A stretch of DNA of 64,000 bases from an uncultured Collinsella sp. (GCA_900546475.1 URDI01000004.1:1451-65450), one strand, 5' to 3'. Shown: positions 36,685-46,172, numbered from the stretch's first letter. Program-made: numbers and translations. Notes: generated by a model not told the origin, from the sequence alone.

Positions 36685-37278
36685 TCCGGGGAAGTTTGTC
36701 TGGCGCAGGGCCTCGTAGAGGACGATGGCGGCGCTGTTGGAGAGGTTGAGTGCGCTGATGCGGTAGTCGTCCGGATTGACGAAGTTGCCGCAGATATCCT
36801 GCTGAAGGATGGCCTCGTGGCCGCTCTCGCTATGCCCGAGCGCCTCCTCGTGGGCTTCCCAGGCCTCGGCGTTATCGAGCGAGTCGCAGTCGCGCAGCAT
36901 GGGGATGCGCTCGCAGCGCGCAGGCGCTGCGGCGAGCAGCTCTTCGGGAATCCCCGAGCTCTCGCTGCCAAAGACCAGATAGTCACCGTCGCGGTAGGTG
37001 CTTTGCGCATAGGTGCGGCGCGCCTTTTTGGTCAGCAGATGCAGGCGTTCATCGGCGGGGGAGAGGCCGTTGCACGTAAGGAAATCCTCCCAGCCGGCAT
37101 AGGTCGTCACGTCCAAGTTTTGCCAGTAGCCCAGGCCGGCGCGACGCACCGTCTTGTCGTCGAGCGAAAAGCCCAACGGCTCCACCAGGTGCAGGCGGGT
37201 ACCGGTGACCACGCAGGTACGGCCGATATTGCCCGTATTGGCCGGAATCTCGGGCGCATACAGCACGATATTGAACAT
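36679..37278 (-). CDS. trmL: tRNA (cytidine/uridine34-2'-O)-methyltransferase TrmL (SPOUT) with an internal insertion
   Basis: MFNIVLYAPEIPANTGNIGRTC, LVFGSESSGIP, RIPM and LNLSNSAAIVLYEALRQ are present. The start is at cat 37276-37278. Confidence 0.85.
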   Translation of the reverse strand: MFNIVLYAPEIPANTGNIGRTCVVTGTRLHLVEPLGFSLDDKTVRRAGLGYWQNLDVTTYAGWEDFLTCNGLSPADERLHLLTKKARRTYAQSTYRDGDYLVFGSESSGIPEELLAAAPARCERIPMLRDCDSLDNAEAWEAHEEALGHSESGHEAILQQDICGNFVNPDDYRISALNLSNSAAIVLYEALRQTNFPGM

Positions 37279-37376
37279 GAATCTCCTTGGCTCAGAATGA
37301 AAAACCACCACGAAGGGGACAGGCACCTTCGTGGTGGTTTGGCGGTTACGTGGCAGAAAATGCTCGCTTCGATAGC

Positions 37377-38528
37377 CTAGGCGCGGTGCCAGTCGGTCAG
37401 GCAGGCATCGAGGGCGGCGATGAGCGCATCCTTGTCCATGTGACGGCCGATGATGCACAGGCTCGTCATGCGGTCGCCCGTCTCGTCGTCCCAAATCTGC
37501 ATGATCTCGGGGTTCTCGTCGATAATCTTCTGCTTCTCGCCCTCGGGCGCAGAGTCGACAAACAGACCGTTCTCCATCAGACGCATCTGGTGGCCGGCCT
37601 GCTCAAACATGTAGCACATGTCCGGATCGCCGGTCTGCCACAGCGGGCCCTTGACGCGAATGACCTCGTCGGGCCACTCCTGCTCAACAAAATCGGTGAA
37701 CTTCTGCAGGTCAAACGGCTTGCGGCGGGAGTACACAAAGGTCTCGATGTCGTACTCGAGCACCTCGGGGTCGTCGTGCTCCTCGGGATGCTCCATGGCC
37801 TCGATCCAGGCGGCGGAGTTGTAGGCGCGCATAAAGTCGAAGCGGTCGGTGTCGAGCAGCTCCTCCATGGGGACCTCGCCGTTTTGGGCCTCGACAATCA
37901 CGGCGTCCTTCTGCAGGCTGCGCACGATGGCCTTGAGCTCGGCAATCTGCTCAGGCGTGACGGTATCGGTCTTGTTGAGGATCAGCGTGGAGCAAAACTC
38001 GATCTGCTGAATAAGCAGGCTCTCGATGTCGTCCTCATCGATATCCTCGGCGAGCAGGTCGCGACCGCCGTTGAACTCGTCGTACATGCGGGCGCAGTCG
38101 ACCACGGCCACGATGTTGTCGAGCGCGAGCTTGGGCTCGCCGCCCACCTTGGCCTCGTCGCAGAAGCTCGAGATGGTGTAGGCGATGGGGATGGGCTCGC
38201 AAATACCCGAGGCCTCGATGATGATGTAGTCGAACTTGCCCGAATCGGCGATGCCCTGCAGCTGGTTGGCCAGATCGTCCGAAAGCGTGCAGCAGATGCA
38301 GCCGTTGGTGAGCGGGATGAGGTCGTCGGTCTCGGAAAGGCCGCCGTCGGCGATAAGGCTGGCGTCGACGTTGATCTCGCCGATATCGTTGACGATCACG
38401 GCGGCGCGGATGCCGCCGTCGTTAGCGAGGATGTGGTTGAGCAGCGTGGTCTTGCCGGCACCGAGGTATCCGGTAAGCATGATGATCTTCACGGGTCTGT
38501 TGGGCATGTGCCCTCCTTTGTTAGACAT
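37377..38528 (-). CDS. COG0523-family (CobW/YjiA/ZigA-like) metallochaperone GTPase
   Basis: GYLGAGKTTLLNHIL P-loop, GCICCTL metal-binding motif and a C-terminal CobW_C-like domain. Confidence 0.88.
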   Translation of the reverse strand: MSNKGGHMPNRPVKIIMLTGYLGAGKTTLLNHILANDGGIRAAVIVNDIGEINVDASLIADGGLSETDDLIPLTNGCICCTLSDDLANQLQGIADSGKFDYIIIEASGICEPIPIAYTISSFCDEAKVGGEPKLALDNIVAVVDCARMYDEFNGGRDLLAEDIDEDDIESLLIQQIEFCSTLILNKTDTVTPEQIAELKAIVRSLQKDAVIVEAQNGEVPMEELLDTDRFDFMRAYNSAAWIEAMEHPEEHDDPEVLEYDIETFVYSRRKPFDLQKFTDFVEQEWPDEVIRVKGPLWQTGDPDMCYMFEQAGHQMRLMENGLFVDSAPEGEKQKIIDENPEIMQIWDDETGDRMTSLCIIGRHMDKDALIAALDACLTDWHRA

Positions 38529-38593
38529 GGCTTACAGTTAAATCTTATGCCAAACGCCTGCTCTTATACCCACGCGCCGGCAAATAACACAGG

Positions 38594-38935
38594 CTACTCC
38601 CAGGCTCCCCACACATCGGGGCAATAACCGACGGTGGCCTTCTTGCCGTTGCGCACGATGGGCTCGGCCAGAACCTGCTGGTTCTCGAGCAGCTTATCAA
38701 AGCGCTGGCTGGGGGTGAGGTGCTGGATGAGTGCGAGCGTCTCCTCGTCCTTGGCTTTGGGGTTGAGCAGCTTGTCGATGCCGCCGACCGCCTGCATCAC
38801 GCTCGTGAGCTCGCCCTTGCTCATCTCCTTTTCCTTAAGGTCGATAAACTGCACCTTAATGCGGCGCTCCTTAAAATAGCGCTGGGCCTTCTTGGTATCG
38901 AAGGACTTTTTGGTGCCGAAGATTTGCACGTTCAT
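38594..38935 (-). CDS. ArsC/Spx/YffB-family small thioredoxin-fold protein
   Basis: MNVQIFGTKKSFDTKKAQRYFKERRIKVQFIDL is the family-typical N-terminus. Confidence 0.75.
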   Translation of the reverse strand: MNVQIFGTKKSFDTKKAQRYFKERRIKVQFIDLKEKEMSKGELTSVMQAVGGIDKLLNPKAKDEETLALIQHLTPSQRFDKLLENQQVLAEPIVRNGKKATVGYCPDVWGAWE

Positions 38936-38952
38936 ATTTATGTTCCGCCGTT

Positions 38953-39576
38953 CTACCGAATAAAGTTGGTCCTAGCGCGATCGGCCTGGGGGGCTTCGAT
39001 GCCGGCGGCCTTTCCCGCCTCGATGCAACGTAGGAGCCAGGCCATGTTTTTGCCGATGTTTCGCATGGTGGCAAGGCCTTCGGCGTCCTGGGCGGCCTCG
39101 CCCGGCATGGCGCCAAAGACGTTGTTCCAGTAGGTGGATGCCACCACGGGCATCTGGTTGATGGTGAAGTATTTGTTGAGCACATCGAAGGTGGTCGACG
39201 TGCCACCGCGACGGGCAACGGCGACAGCGGCGCCCGGCTTGTGCGCAAAGGCCTTGCTGCCAGCATAGAATGCACGGTCGAGGGCAGAGAGGATGCGTCC
39301 GCTGGGATGCGCGTAGTAGACGGGCGAACCAAAGACAAAGCCGTCTGCCTGCTCGGCAGCGGCAATCAGCTCGTTGACCATATCGTCGTCAAAGGTGCAG
39401 CGGCAATCGAGCTTGCCGCACTGGCCGCACCCGATGCAATCGCGAATAGGCTTGGCGCCCAGCTGAAACACCTGCGTCTCAATGCCCTCTGCGTTGAGCT
39501 GCTCGGCAATCTCGGCGAGTGCGCGGTCGGTGTTGCCGTTTGCCTTGGGGCTGCCATTGACCAAAAGAACCTTCAT
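38953..39576 (-). CDS. Flavodoxin-like NAD(P)H-dependent FMN reductase / iron-sulfur flavoprotein
   Basis: MKVLLVNGSPKANGNT, a Cys cluster CIGCGQCGKLDCRC, and GSPVYYAHPSG. Confidence 0.8.
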   Translation of the reverse strand: MKVLLVNGSPKANGNTDRALAEIAEQLNAEGIETQVFQLGAKPIRDCIGCGQCGKLDCRCTFDDDMVNELIAAAEQADGFVFGSPVYYAHPSGRILSALDRAFYAGSKAFAHKPGAAVAVARRGGTSTTFDVLNKYFTINQMPVVASTYWNNVFGAMPGEAAQDAEGLATMRNIGKNMAWLLRCIEAGKAAGIEAPQADRARTNFIR

Positions 39577-39959
39577 CACAAACTCCCTCTGCTGTCGGTG
39601 ACTTCTGCGGAGGATTATCGCACGAGCGGGCAGATGGCGTGGGGCGCGATTCCAGCGACCGCCCATCATGCGCCCCGTCTCGATCGGTAGCTTCATCCGA
39701 GTGTTTCTCGGGGCCGGGAAGCCGGCCCCGAGGGCCAACGGCGGGCTCGCTCACCAGGTACGAGAGGGACACGGTCCAGAGTATGTTGGAGCTCGGGGCC
39801 TCATGCAAGCCGATTGTGAGGAGTCTGGGCAGGTCGCCTTCGATGGCGAACTCTGAGGTCTTAGAAGGCGGGCTGCTGCGGCGGCTATGGTTTATACTAA
39901 GGCGGTTGCTATCGAGTAATTCATACTTGGTTTGATTCGATTGTGAATGCGTAACTAGG

Positions 39960-40301
39960 ATGGAAAGCAAAGGAAACTCTATGGAAACAGAGGATGCTGT
40001 TTGCTTGATGACTTCGATTGCCTTGATTGTCCTTTCAATCCAATACCGAAGAGGAAGATGGCTCTGCTCAATTGCTGGATATGATGTCACAAAAAGGGAG
40101 AGCGAGATTGATATACGCCCCTACGCAAAGCTGATTTCTTCTGTGACGTTATGGATGGGGCTGCTGTTTTTCTTGTGGGCGGTAGAGGGCTGGGTACGCG
40201 ATTGGAATACCAGCGTTTTTGAAGTTTTGGTTCTACTTCTGTTCAGCTTGGCCTCTTTGTCGTTCGTGCGGCTCGTTAGGTTTGTGTTTATGAGGCGATA
40301 G
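39960..40301 (+). CDS. Small hypothetical membrane protein in an AT-rich islet
   Basis: 113 aa with three hydrophobic helices. The locus is visibly AT-richer than its surroundings. An alternative start is at 39981. Confidence 0.45.
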   Translation: MESKGNSMETEDAVCLMTSIALIVLSIQYRRGRWLCSIAGYDVTKRESEIDIRPYAKLISSVTLWMGLLFFLWAVEGWVRDWNTSVFEVLVLLLFSLASLSFVRLVRFVFMRR

Positions 40302-40587
40302 CCAGCGGAAGTGGCTGGACGACAAAATGGACCAATGCAGCCAATTGTCAATAGAATTTGATAGGCTTGGCTTAACAGATTTACTCGAGGGCATATCCGT
40401 GGCGGGGGATAGGTTCTATCTTGTTGAGCACTTATTTGCATCAGGCAAAGTAAACCAAGAGTATCGAAACGGTGCCCCCGGGCCCGCTAGGGACTGCGGG
40501 GGGGGCGTTCGGCTAACTGCGGGTACGGCCTATTTGCCCAATGTGTTCGCCCGAGATCGGAAATTAACCATCATGCGCCCCATAACG

Positions 40588-42120
40588 CTAGTCCAGCTTG
40601 GTGCCCGGTACCTGTGGCGCCTCTTTAATCAGCGCATTAAGTTCGTTCAAAATGGAAACGGGCTGTCGGTCGACGGCGTCCAGATGAAGCGTCGCCACGC
40701 GAAGGGGCGGCTGATATTCAAATGAGCCGAGGAGCACGGGCGATCCCAAGAACCGTTCGATTTCGTCTGCAACCGCGTCGGTCTCTTCGGGATCAAAGTC
40801 GTCAAAGAGCGCCACGAACATCGGTCCGGTCGAGCGGAACAGACGACCCTTGCCGCGCGAGCAATCCATGAGGCAGGCGGCGCTTTCTGCCAAAACGCGG
40901 TCGCCTGCATCAAAGCCAAAGCGGGCATTGACCTGTGCGATTTCGTCGATTTTAATGGCGATCAAGCCCGCGTTTCGTGCCACGCGACGCATCTCGCCAA
41001 TGGCGTTGACCAGGGCGTGGATATCGCCCAGACCGGTCACGGAATCGGTCGTATCTGCCAAGCTTCGGTTGGTGACAATGCCCACATACATGTTGGGCTC
41101 GGTATCGGTGCCGTCCAGGCGGTAACCTGTGCAGTCGCAAAGCGCGTATTTTCCGGCGGTATTCATGACGCGATACTGCATGCAGTGGAAGTGCCACGTG
41201 CCGTTTACCACCATATCGAGCTCGGCACGTACGTTGTCGCGGTCCTCGGGGTGAACACGGGCAAGCCATATATCGAGCGAGTTGTAGGGATGCTGGGAGG
41301 GTAGGTCAAAATCGCGCACGGCATTAACCGACCATTGCGATTCGCCGGTGTCGAGGTTAATGATGAACGGATAGCGTGTCTCGGAGCTCATGGAGATCGC
41401 TTGGAACACTCGGTCGTTGCAGGGGGGGGGTTGTTCGGTGACCGGGCGTTGCGGCGCATCGCCTTCTTCCGGTTGTTGCACACGGTACATGAGCTTGTAG
41501 CGATACATTTTGCGGTCGGCGTCCTTTGTCATCTGGCGACGCGTATCGCCTGCAAGTGGGTCGACGCGCGAGCAGCCAAAGCTAAAGCTGGCGATCATGG
41601 GCGCCTTGCCGTCCGATGTTGCCTCGATAAGATTGGCACGCGTCCGCTCCAGGCGCTGCTCGAGCTCGGCTTCGTCTGTCGTGGGGGATATAAGTACAAA
41701 TTCGTCTCCACCGATACGGAACAGCAACTCATCGTGCTCCATTGTCTCGGTGAGTGCGCGGCAGATGCTCAGAATGTAGCGATTGCCCTCGGCGTGGCCA
41801 AACTTATCGTTGCAATGCTTAAGGCGGTCGATATCGATATAGGCGCAGGTGAAGGGGGTGCCTTTGCGCCAGAGCCGATCGACATGGCGGTCGAGTCCGC
41901 CACGGTTGCCAAGACTGGTGAGCGAGTCGATATAGGCGCCGTGCTCAAGCAGCTCGCGTTCTTGTTGCAGGATGGCAAATGTCTTCTGTAGCTGCTCGCC
42001 GATGGCGCACAGCTCCGGGGGCAGCGCGGCAACATCGAGCTCGGTGGTTGAGGCCCCGTTCGCAAGTCGCTGAAGATGAGCGATGATTGATTGCTCGCCC
42101 AGGCGATACGACTCGTTCAT
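40588..42120 (-). CDS. Diguanylate cyclase: GGDEF - PAS-like - degenerate GGDEF-like domain
   Basis: DSLTSLGNRGG..YIDIDRLKHCNDKFGH..RIGGDEFVLI, then a PAS-like segment and a C-terminal GGDEF-like domain lacking the motif. The start is at cat 42118-42120. Confidence 0.85.
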   Translation of the reverse strand: MNESYRLGEQSIIAHLQRLANGASTTELDVAALPPELCAIGEQLQKTFAILQQERELLEHGAYIDSLTSLGNRGGLDRHVDRLWRKGTPFTCAYIDIDRLKHCNDKFGHAEGNRYILSICRALTETMEHDELLFRIGGDEFVLISPTTDEAELEQRLERTRANLIEATSDGKAPMIASFSFGCSRVDPLAGDTRRQMTKDADRKMYRYKLMYRVQQPEEGDAPQRPVTEQPPPCNDRVFQAISMSSETRYPFIINLDTGESQWSVNAVRDFDLPSQHPYNSLDIWLARVHPEDRDNVRAELDMVVNGTWHFHCMQYRVMNTAGKYALCDCTGYRLDGTDTEPNMYVGIVTNRSLADTTDSVTGLGDIHALVNAIGEMRRVARNAGLIAIKIDEIAQVNARFGFDAGDRVLAESAACLMDCSRGKGRLFRSTGPMFVALFDDFDPEETDAVADEIERFLGSPVLLGSFEYQPPLRVATLHLDAVDRQPVSILNELNALIKEAPQVPGTKLD

Positions 42121-42244
42121 GATGGATGACCTCCTTGGATGGAACAATGGTTTGTATCTTACTCCCAATTTGGTTTAGATTGGGGTATTAGTTAGCTCAT
42201 GGGAACAAACGCTCCCTCGACGGTGGCGTTTGCGCACGAGCGTA

Positions 42245-44962
42245 TTAGTTGCTGTCGCCACCGTCGAGCAGTGCCTCAAAATCCTCCGCCTGCATGGGAC
42301 GGTAGTAGAGGAAGCCCTGAGCGTAGCGGGCGCCCATTTGGCGTAGCATGTTTGCCTGCTCATTTGTCTCGATGCCTTCGATCACAACGGGCAGATGGAG
42401 CGACTGTGCCATCTCGAGCATTGATGAAATGATTTGCGTACTGCGGCCTTGATCGCCGTCATCGGGCACAAACGTGCGGTCGAGCTTGATGACGTCGACG
42501 TTGACGTTCTTGAGCATCGCGAGCGTGGACTGGCCGGTGCCAAAATCGTCCATGTAGGTCGAGAAGCCGCGAGTGTGCAGGTCGGCCGTCAGCCTATCCA
42601 CAGCCTCGGACTCTCCCGTATAGGCCGTCTCGGTGATCTCGATGCGCATGAGCTCGGGCGGCAGGTTGTATTGGGCAGCGAGCGCCCCCATATGTTCGGC
42701 AACGTCGCAGGCAAGGATATCCACGCGCGACACATTCAGCGAGATCGGAACCACGCGCAGCCCTCGATCGATGCGCTCGCGCAGCCACGAGGCGACGCCC
42801 AGCCAAACGTATTTGTCGAGCGTCACCACAAAACCGCTTTCCTCGAGTGCGGGGATAAAGGTAGCGGGCGAAATGAGGGAGCCATCCTTGTCAATCCAGC
42901 GTGTGAGCGCCTCGGCGCCAACGATCTCGCCGGTTTCCATGTCGACCTGGGGCTGCAAGTAGTAGGTAATGCGGCCGTTTGAGAGCGCATACTGGAATTC
43001 GGTCAGCGTGCGGTGGAACGCGATTTCGTGTTCGTATTCCTCGGGGCGGAAAATGGCAATGCGCTCCTTAAAGTCGTTTTTTGCGCGCCGATTGGTAAAC
43101 ATGGCCTTGGCCTGCGCATCGATGGTGATTTCCTCGTTGGAGTCGATGGGGTAAACACCCATGGACGGCCAGAAGCCCGCGCCGTCATCATGCTTGGCCA
43201 CGGCTTCGCGAACACGGCTATAGATTTTATGGACGGTGTCGTGTTCAAAGGGGATGAGTACGCAAAAATCGTCTTGGCCCCAGTACCCTGCGACGCCCAT
43301 GGCGGCATTCTCGATGTCCTTGAGAACCGTGCCCACATCGGCGAGTACGCGGTCACCCTCGGCCTGTCCGTGCCATTCGTTGAACAGTCGCATGTGCCCC
43401 ATATCGACGGTGGCGATACACCAGGCGCCGTTGCGCCTTGTCTCGAGAAATTCGTTGGCGCGGCGCATAAACTCGCTGGGTCGATAGAGACCCGTGAGCG
43501 GATCGATGCGTTCGGCGATGGCGCTTTTGCGTTCCACCTCGGGTATGGGGAGGCTGTCGTTGGGAACAAGCCCGCCGGCCGTGCGAATGCGACGGTCGAG
43601 TTCGCCTAAAACGGCGGCCGTTTGATTGGTCAGGTGCTCGTAAAAGGCCGGAACGACAAGACAGACGGGGGTAATAGTGTCGCCCGCGATTCGAACGGGA
43701 GCGAAAACGGCCTCTTTGAGATGTTGGATCAGTTGCTCGAATGCTTCGTGATCCAAATTGTTGCTAAGCACGACGAACTGGGCGTTGCGTGAACGGAAGA
43801 CGCGACTCCTGCCGCGAGTAATCGACAGCATGCGGCCTGCGTATTCGGCGAGCATGTTGTCGACGGCCTCGGCCCCGTAGAGCTCGTTGAGCTTTGCCGT
43901 GCCGCGAACGCGCACTGCTATAAGCCCCGTCTCGCAACGGTCGCGACGGCAGGCATCGATAGCGTTGATCAGCGTGCGCTGCGTTCCGAGACCCGTGGCG
44001 GCGTCGACGGTCTCGGCAAGCGAGTGGTTGACGAGCTCGCCGACATAGAGCGAGGGGACATTTCCGTCGCCGTCGATACGAAACCCGCGAGCACGGCCGA
44101 GGATGTAATCGCCGGCGGCATTGCGCACGCGGTACTGCATGACGTGACGATGTTTGGAGCCGTCATAGATTTGGTCGATGTCGTTGGTATAGGCCTCAAG
44201 GTCATCGGGATGGACACGCGTTTTCCAATAATCGTGACAGTTGTCTATATGCTCCGAAGGAAGACCAAGATCGCGCAAGGCGCCTTGTGACCAAAGGGTT
44301 CGATGTTTGTCCAAGTTCTCGATAAAGAAATAGCGGCCTTCGTTGAGCATCGAAAGGGCGTCGAAAATTCGATCGCTTATTTCGAAGTCGTCGGTGTGGG
44401 CTTGTGCGATATTGCGTCGATCAAGGTGCACGGCATGACGTAGCTTGTAGTCGTACATGCGATGGTCGGCATCGTTCGTCAAGCGATTGGGGGCTTCGCC
44501 CAGGGCGGGGTCGGCGTGTGCCACTCCGTAGCTAAACGAGTGAGGCATCTCGGCATCGTTGTTTTTGAGCAGGACCGTTCGGCAGCGTTCCAGACGTTCG
44601 GCGAGGTCGTCCTCGGTTGCAATCGTAGACAGGATGGCAAACTCGTCGCCTCCCAGACGAAACGCCGCTTCGTCCACCTCCATATACAGCTTGAGATAGA
44701 GGCTTACCTGCAAAATATAGCGGTTGCCCTCGTCATGGCCAAAGACGTCGTTGCAGTGCTTGAGATTGTCGATATCGATGTACGCCATGGTAACGGGGGT
44801 GTCCTGCTCCCAGAGCTCCTCGAGGGAACGGGCAAAGCCGCCGCGGTTGCCAAGCCCGGTAAGCTGGTCGGTAAAGGCGGTCCTGACCAGATCCTCCTGA
44901 CGCTTGAGAAGGTCGCGGACGGTCTTTTCGAGCGTTTCAGTGTAATTGCTGGGGGTATCCAT
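42245..44962 (-). CDS. Multidomain c-di-GMP protein: GGDEF - PAS-like - GGDEF-like - degenerate GGDEF (GQDDF) - EAL
   Basis: RLGGDEFAIL (intact), a later WGQDDFCVLI (degenerate), and EAL-domain motifs EALTRW, DDFGTGQS and EGIE. The N-terminal ~500 aa are paralogous to the upstream gene. Confidence 0.88.
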   Translation of the reverse strand: MDTPSNYTETLEKTVRDLLKRQEDLVRTAFTDQLTGLGNRGGFARSLEELWEQDTPVTMAYIDIDNLKHCNDVFGHDEGNRYILQVSLYLKLYMEVDEAAFRLGGDEFAILSTIATEDDLAERLERCRTVLLKNNDAEMPHSFSYGVAHADPALGEAPNRLTNDADHRMYDYKLRHAVHLDRRNIAQAHTDDFEISDRIFDALSMLNEGRYFFIENLDKHRTLWSQGALRDLGLPSEHIDNCHDYWKTRVHPDDLEAYTNDIDQIYDGSKHRHVMQYRVRNAAGDYILGRARGFRIDGDGNVPSLYVGELVNHSLAETVDAATGLGTQRTLINAIDACRRDRCETGLIAVRVRGTAKLNELYGAEAVDNMLAEYAGRMLSITRGRSRVFRSRNAQFVVLSNNLDHEAFEQLIQHLKEAVFAPVRIAGDTITPVCLVVPAFYEHLTNQTAAVLGELDRRIRTAGGLVPNDSLPIPEVERKSAIAERIDPLTGLYRPSEFMRRANEFLETRRNGAWCIATVDMGHMRLFNEWHGQAEGDRVLADVGTVLKDIENAAMGVAGYWGQDDFCVLIPFEHDTVHKIYSRVREAVAKHDDGAGFWPSMGVYPIDSNEEITIDAQAKAMFTNRRAKNDFKERIAIFRPEEYEHEIAFHRTLTEFQYALSNGRITYYLQPQVDMETGEIVGAEALTRWIDKDGSLISPATFIPALEESGFVVTLDKYVWLGVASWLRERIDRGLRVVPISLNVSRVDILACDVAEHMGALAAQYNLPPELMRIEITETAYTGESEAVDRLTADLHTRGFSTYMDDFGTGQSTLAMLKNVNVDVIKLDRTFVPDDGDQGRSTQIISSMLEMAQSLHLPVVIEGIETNEQANMLRQMGARYAQGFLYYRPMQAEDFEALLDGGDSN

Positions 44963-45291
44963 GCTGTAGGCGGCTTTCTGGGGTCGGGGCGGATTGCGTC
45001 GGGCGAGCTCGTTGTGCACACGCGTTGTTGCTCAACGCCTCGCGTGTTTCCAAGCCCCCGCCTTGCTGCGTCGTTGGGTTTATTTGTCGGCTGACGTTCG
45101 TTGCTGATAACTACTGAGTAGTATAAACAAGTGTATGGAATTATGCAGGGGTGCCCATGTTGCGGGCGGCCATTATTCGCCATTATTCGCCAAACGGCAA
45201 CGCCTGGGTGCGCATGAAAAATGCGACTGAGTCGATATATGTTGACGGGTATACTTGTCCCGTTTTAAAACGCAGGAACGGAGATGGTCAC

Positions 45292-46161
45292 ATGGCACAG
45301 CCGGATACGACGCGCACGGTGGGGCTTGCGCTCGAGGGAGGCGGCTACCGCGGTATGTATACGGCGGGCGTGCTCGACGTTTGGATGGAGCGCGGTTTGA
45401 CCTGCGACCATATGGTGGGTGTCTCGGCGGGCGCGGCGTTTGGCTACAACTTTAAATCGCGCCAGATCGGCCGTGCCATTCGTTACAACAAGGCTTATTG
45501 CGCCGACAAGCGCTATGCGAGCGTGACCAGCTGGCTGCGAACCGGCGATATGTTCAATGCCGATTTTGCCTATCACGAGGTGCCTATCGAGCGCGATCCC
45601 ATCGACTTGGAGGCGTATCGCGCCTGCCCCATGCGATTTACGTGCGTGTGTACCGATATCGAGACGGGCAAGGCCGTCTACCACGATCTACCGTATGGCG
45701 ACGAGCGCGATATCGAGTGGATCCGGGCGTCGTCTGCCATTCCTGTGGCGACGCGTCCCGTTGCTATTGACGGGCATAAGTATCTGGATGGTGGCGTGGC
45801 TGATTCTATTCCCAGCGCATGGCTGTTTGCGCAGGGGTATGACCGCAATATCGTGGTACTCACGCAGCCGGCGGGCTTTGTGAAGCAGCCCAACAGCGTG
45901 ATGCCCATGCTGCGGCGCGTGTTCCGTCACTATCCGGAGTTTGTTGCAGCGCTTGAGCATCGGCATGAGGTCTACAATGCCACGCTCGATGACCTGGCAC
46001 GTCGAGAGGCTGCCGGCGAAATCTTTGTGGTGCGGCCGAGCGAATCGGTGAAGGTGCCGTCGCTGTGCCGCGAACCGGATGAGCTCGAGCGCATCTACCA
46101 GGTCGGCCGCCACGATGCAGAGGCGACTTTGCCGGCGTTGGAAGCGTATCTGGCGGGGTAA
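45292..46161 (+). CDS. Patatin-like phospholipase
   Basis: Oxyanion GGGYRG, nucleophile GVSAGA (GxSxG) and the DGG Asp of the dyad. An AGGAACGGAG Shine-Dalgarno lies upstream. Confidence 0.85.
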   Translation: MAQPDTTRTVGLALEGGGYRGMYTAGVLDVWMERGLTCDHMVGVSAGAAFGYNFKSRQIGRAIRYNKAYCADKRYASVTSWLRTGDMFNADFAYHEVPIERDPIDLEAYRACPMRFTCVCTDIETGKAVYHDLPYGDERDIEWIRASSAIPVATRPVAIDGHKYLDGGVADSIPSAWLFAQGYDRNIVVLTQPAGFVKQPNSVMPMLRRVFRHYPEFVAALEHRHEVYNATLDDLARREAAGEIFVVRPSESVKVPSLCREPDELERIYQVGRHDAEATLPALEAYLAG

Positions 46162-46172
46162 GGGTCGCATAC

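Noticed and set aside
39708-39733. The perfect GC hairpin CTCGGGGCCGG-GAAG-CCGGCCCCGAG read as a terminator.
   Set aside because: There is no T-run on either strand. It lies upstream, not downstream, of the flavoprotein gene. It is probably a 5'-UTR or incidental structure.
40498-40505. The G8 homopolymer as a phase-variation tract.
   Set aside because: It lies in non-coding DNA downstream of the diguanylate cyclase stop codon and is not positioned in any recognisable promoter spacer.
40588-46161. A CBASS-like defence module (nucleotide cyclase plus patatin effector).
   Set aside because: The cyclases are multi-domain GGDEF/EAL signalling proteins, not CD-NTases. The genes are divergently transcribed, and there are no Cap2/Cap3-type accessory genes. 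It is retained only as a low-interest note.
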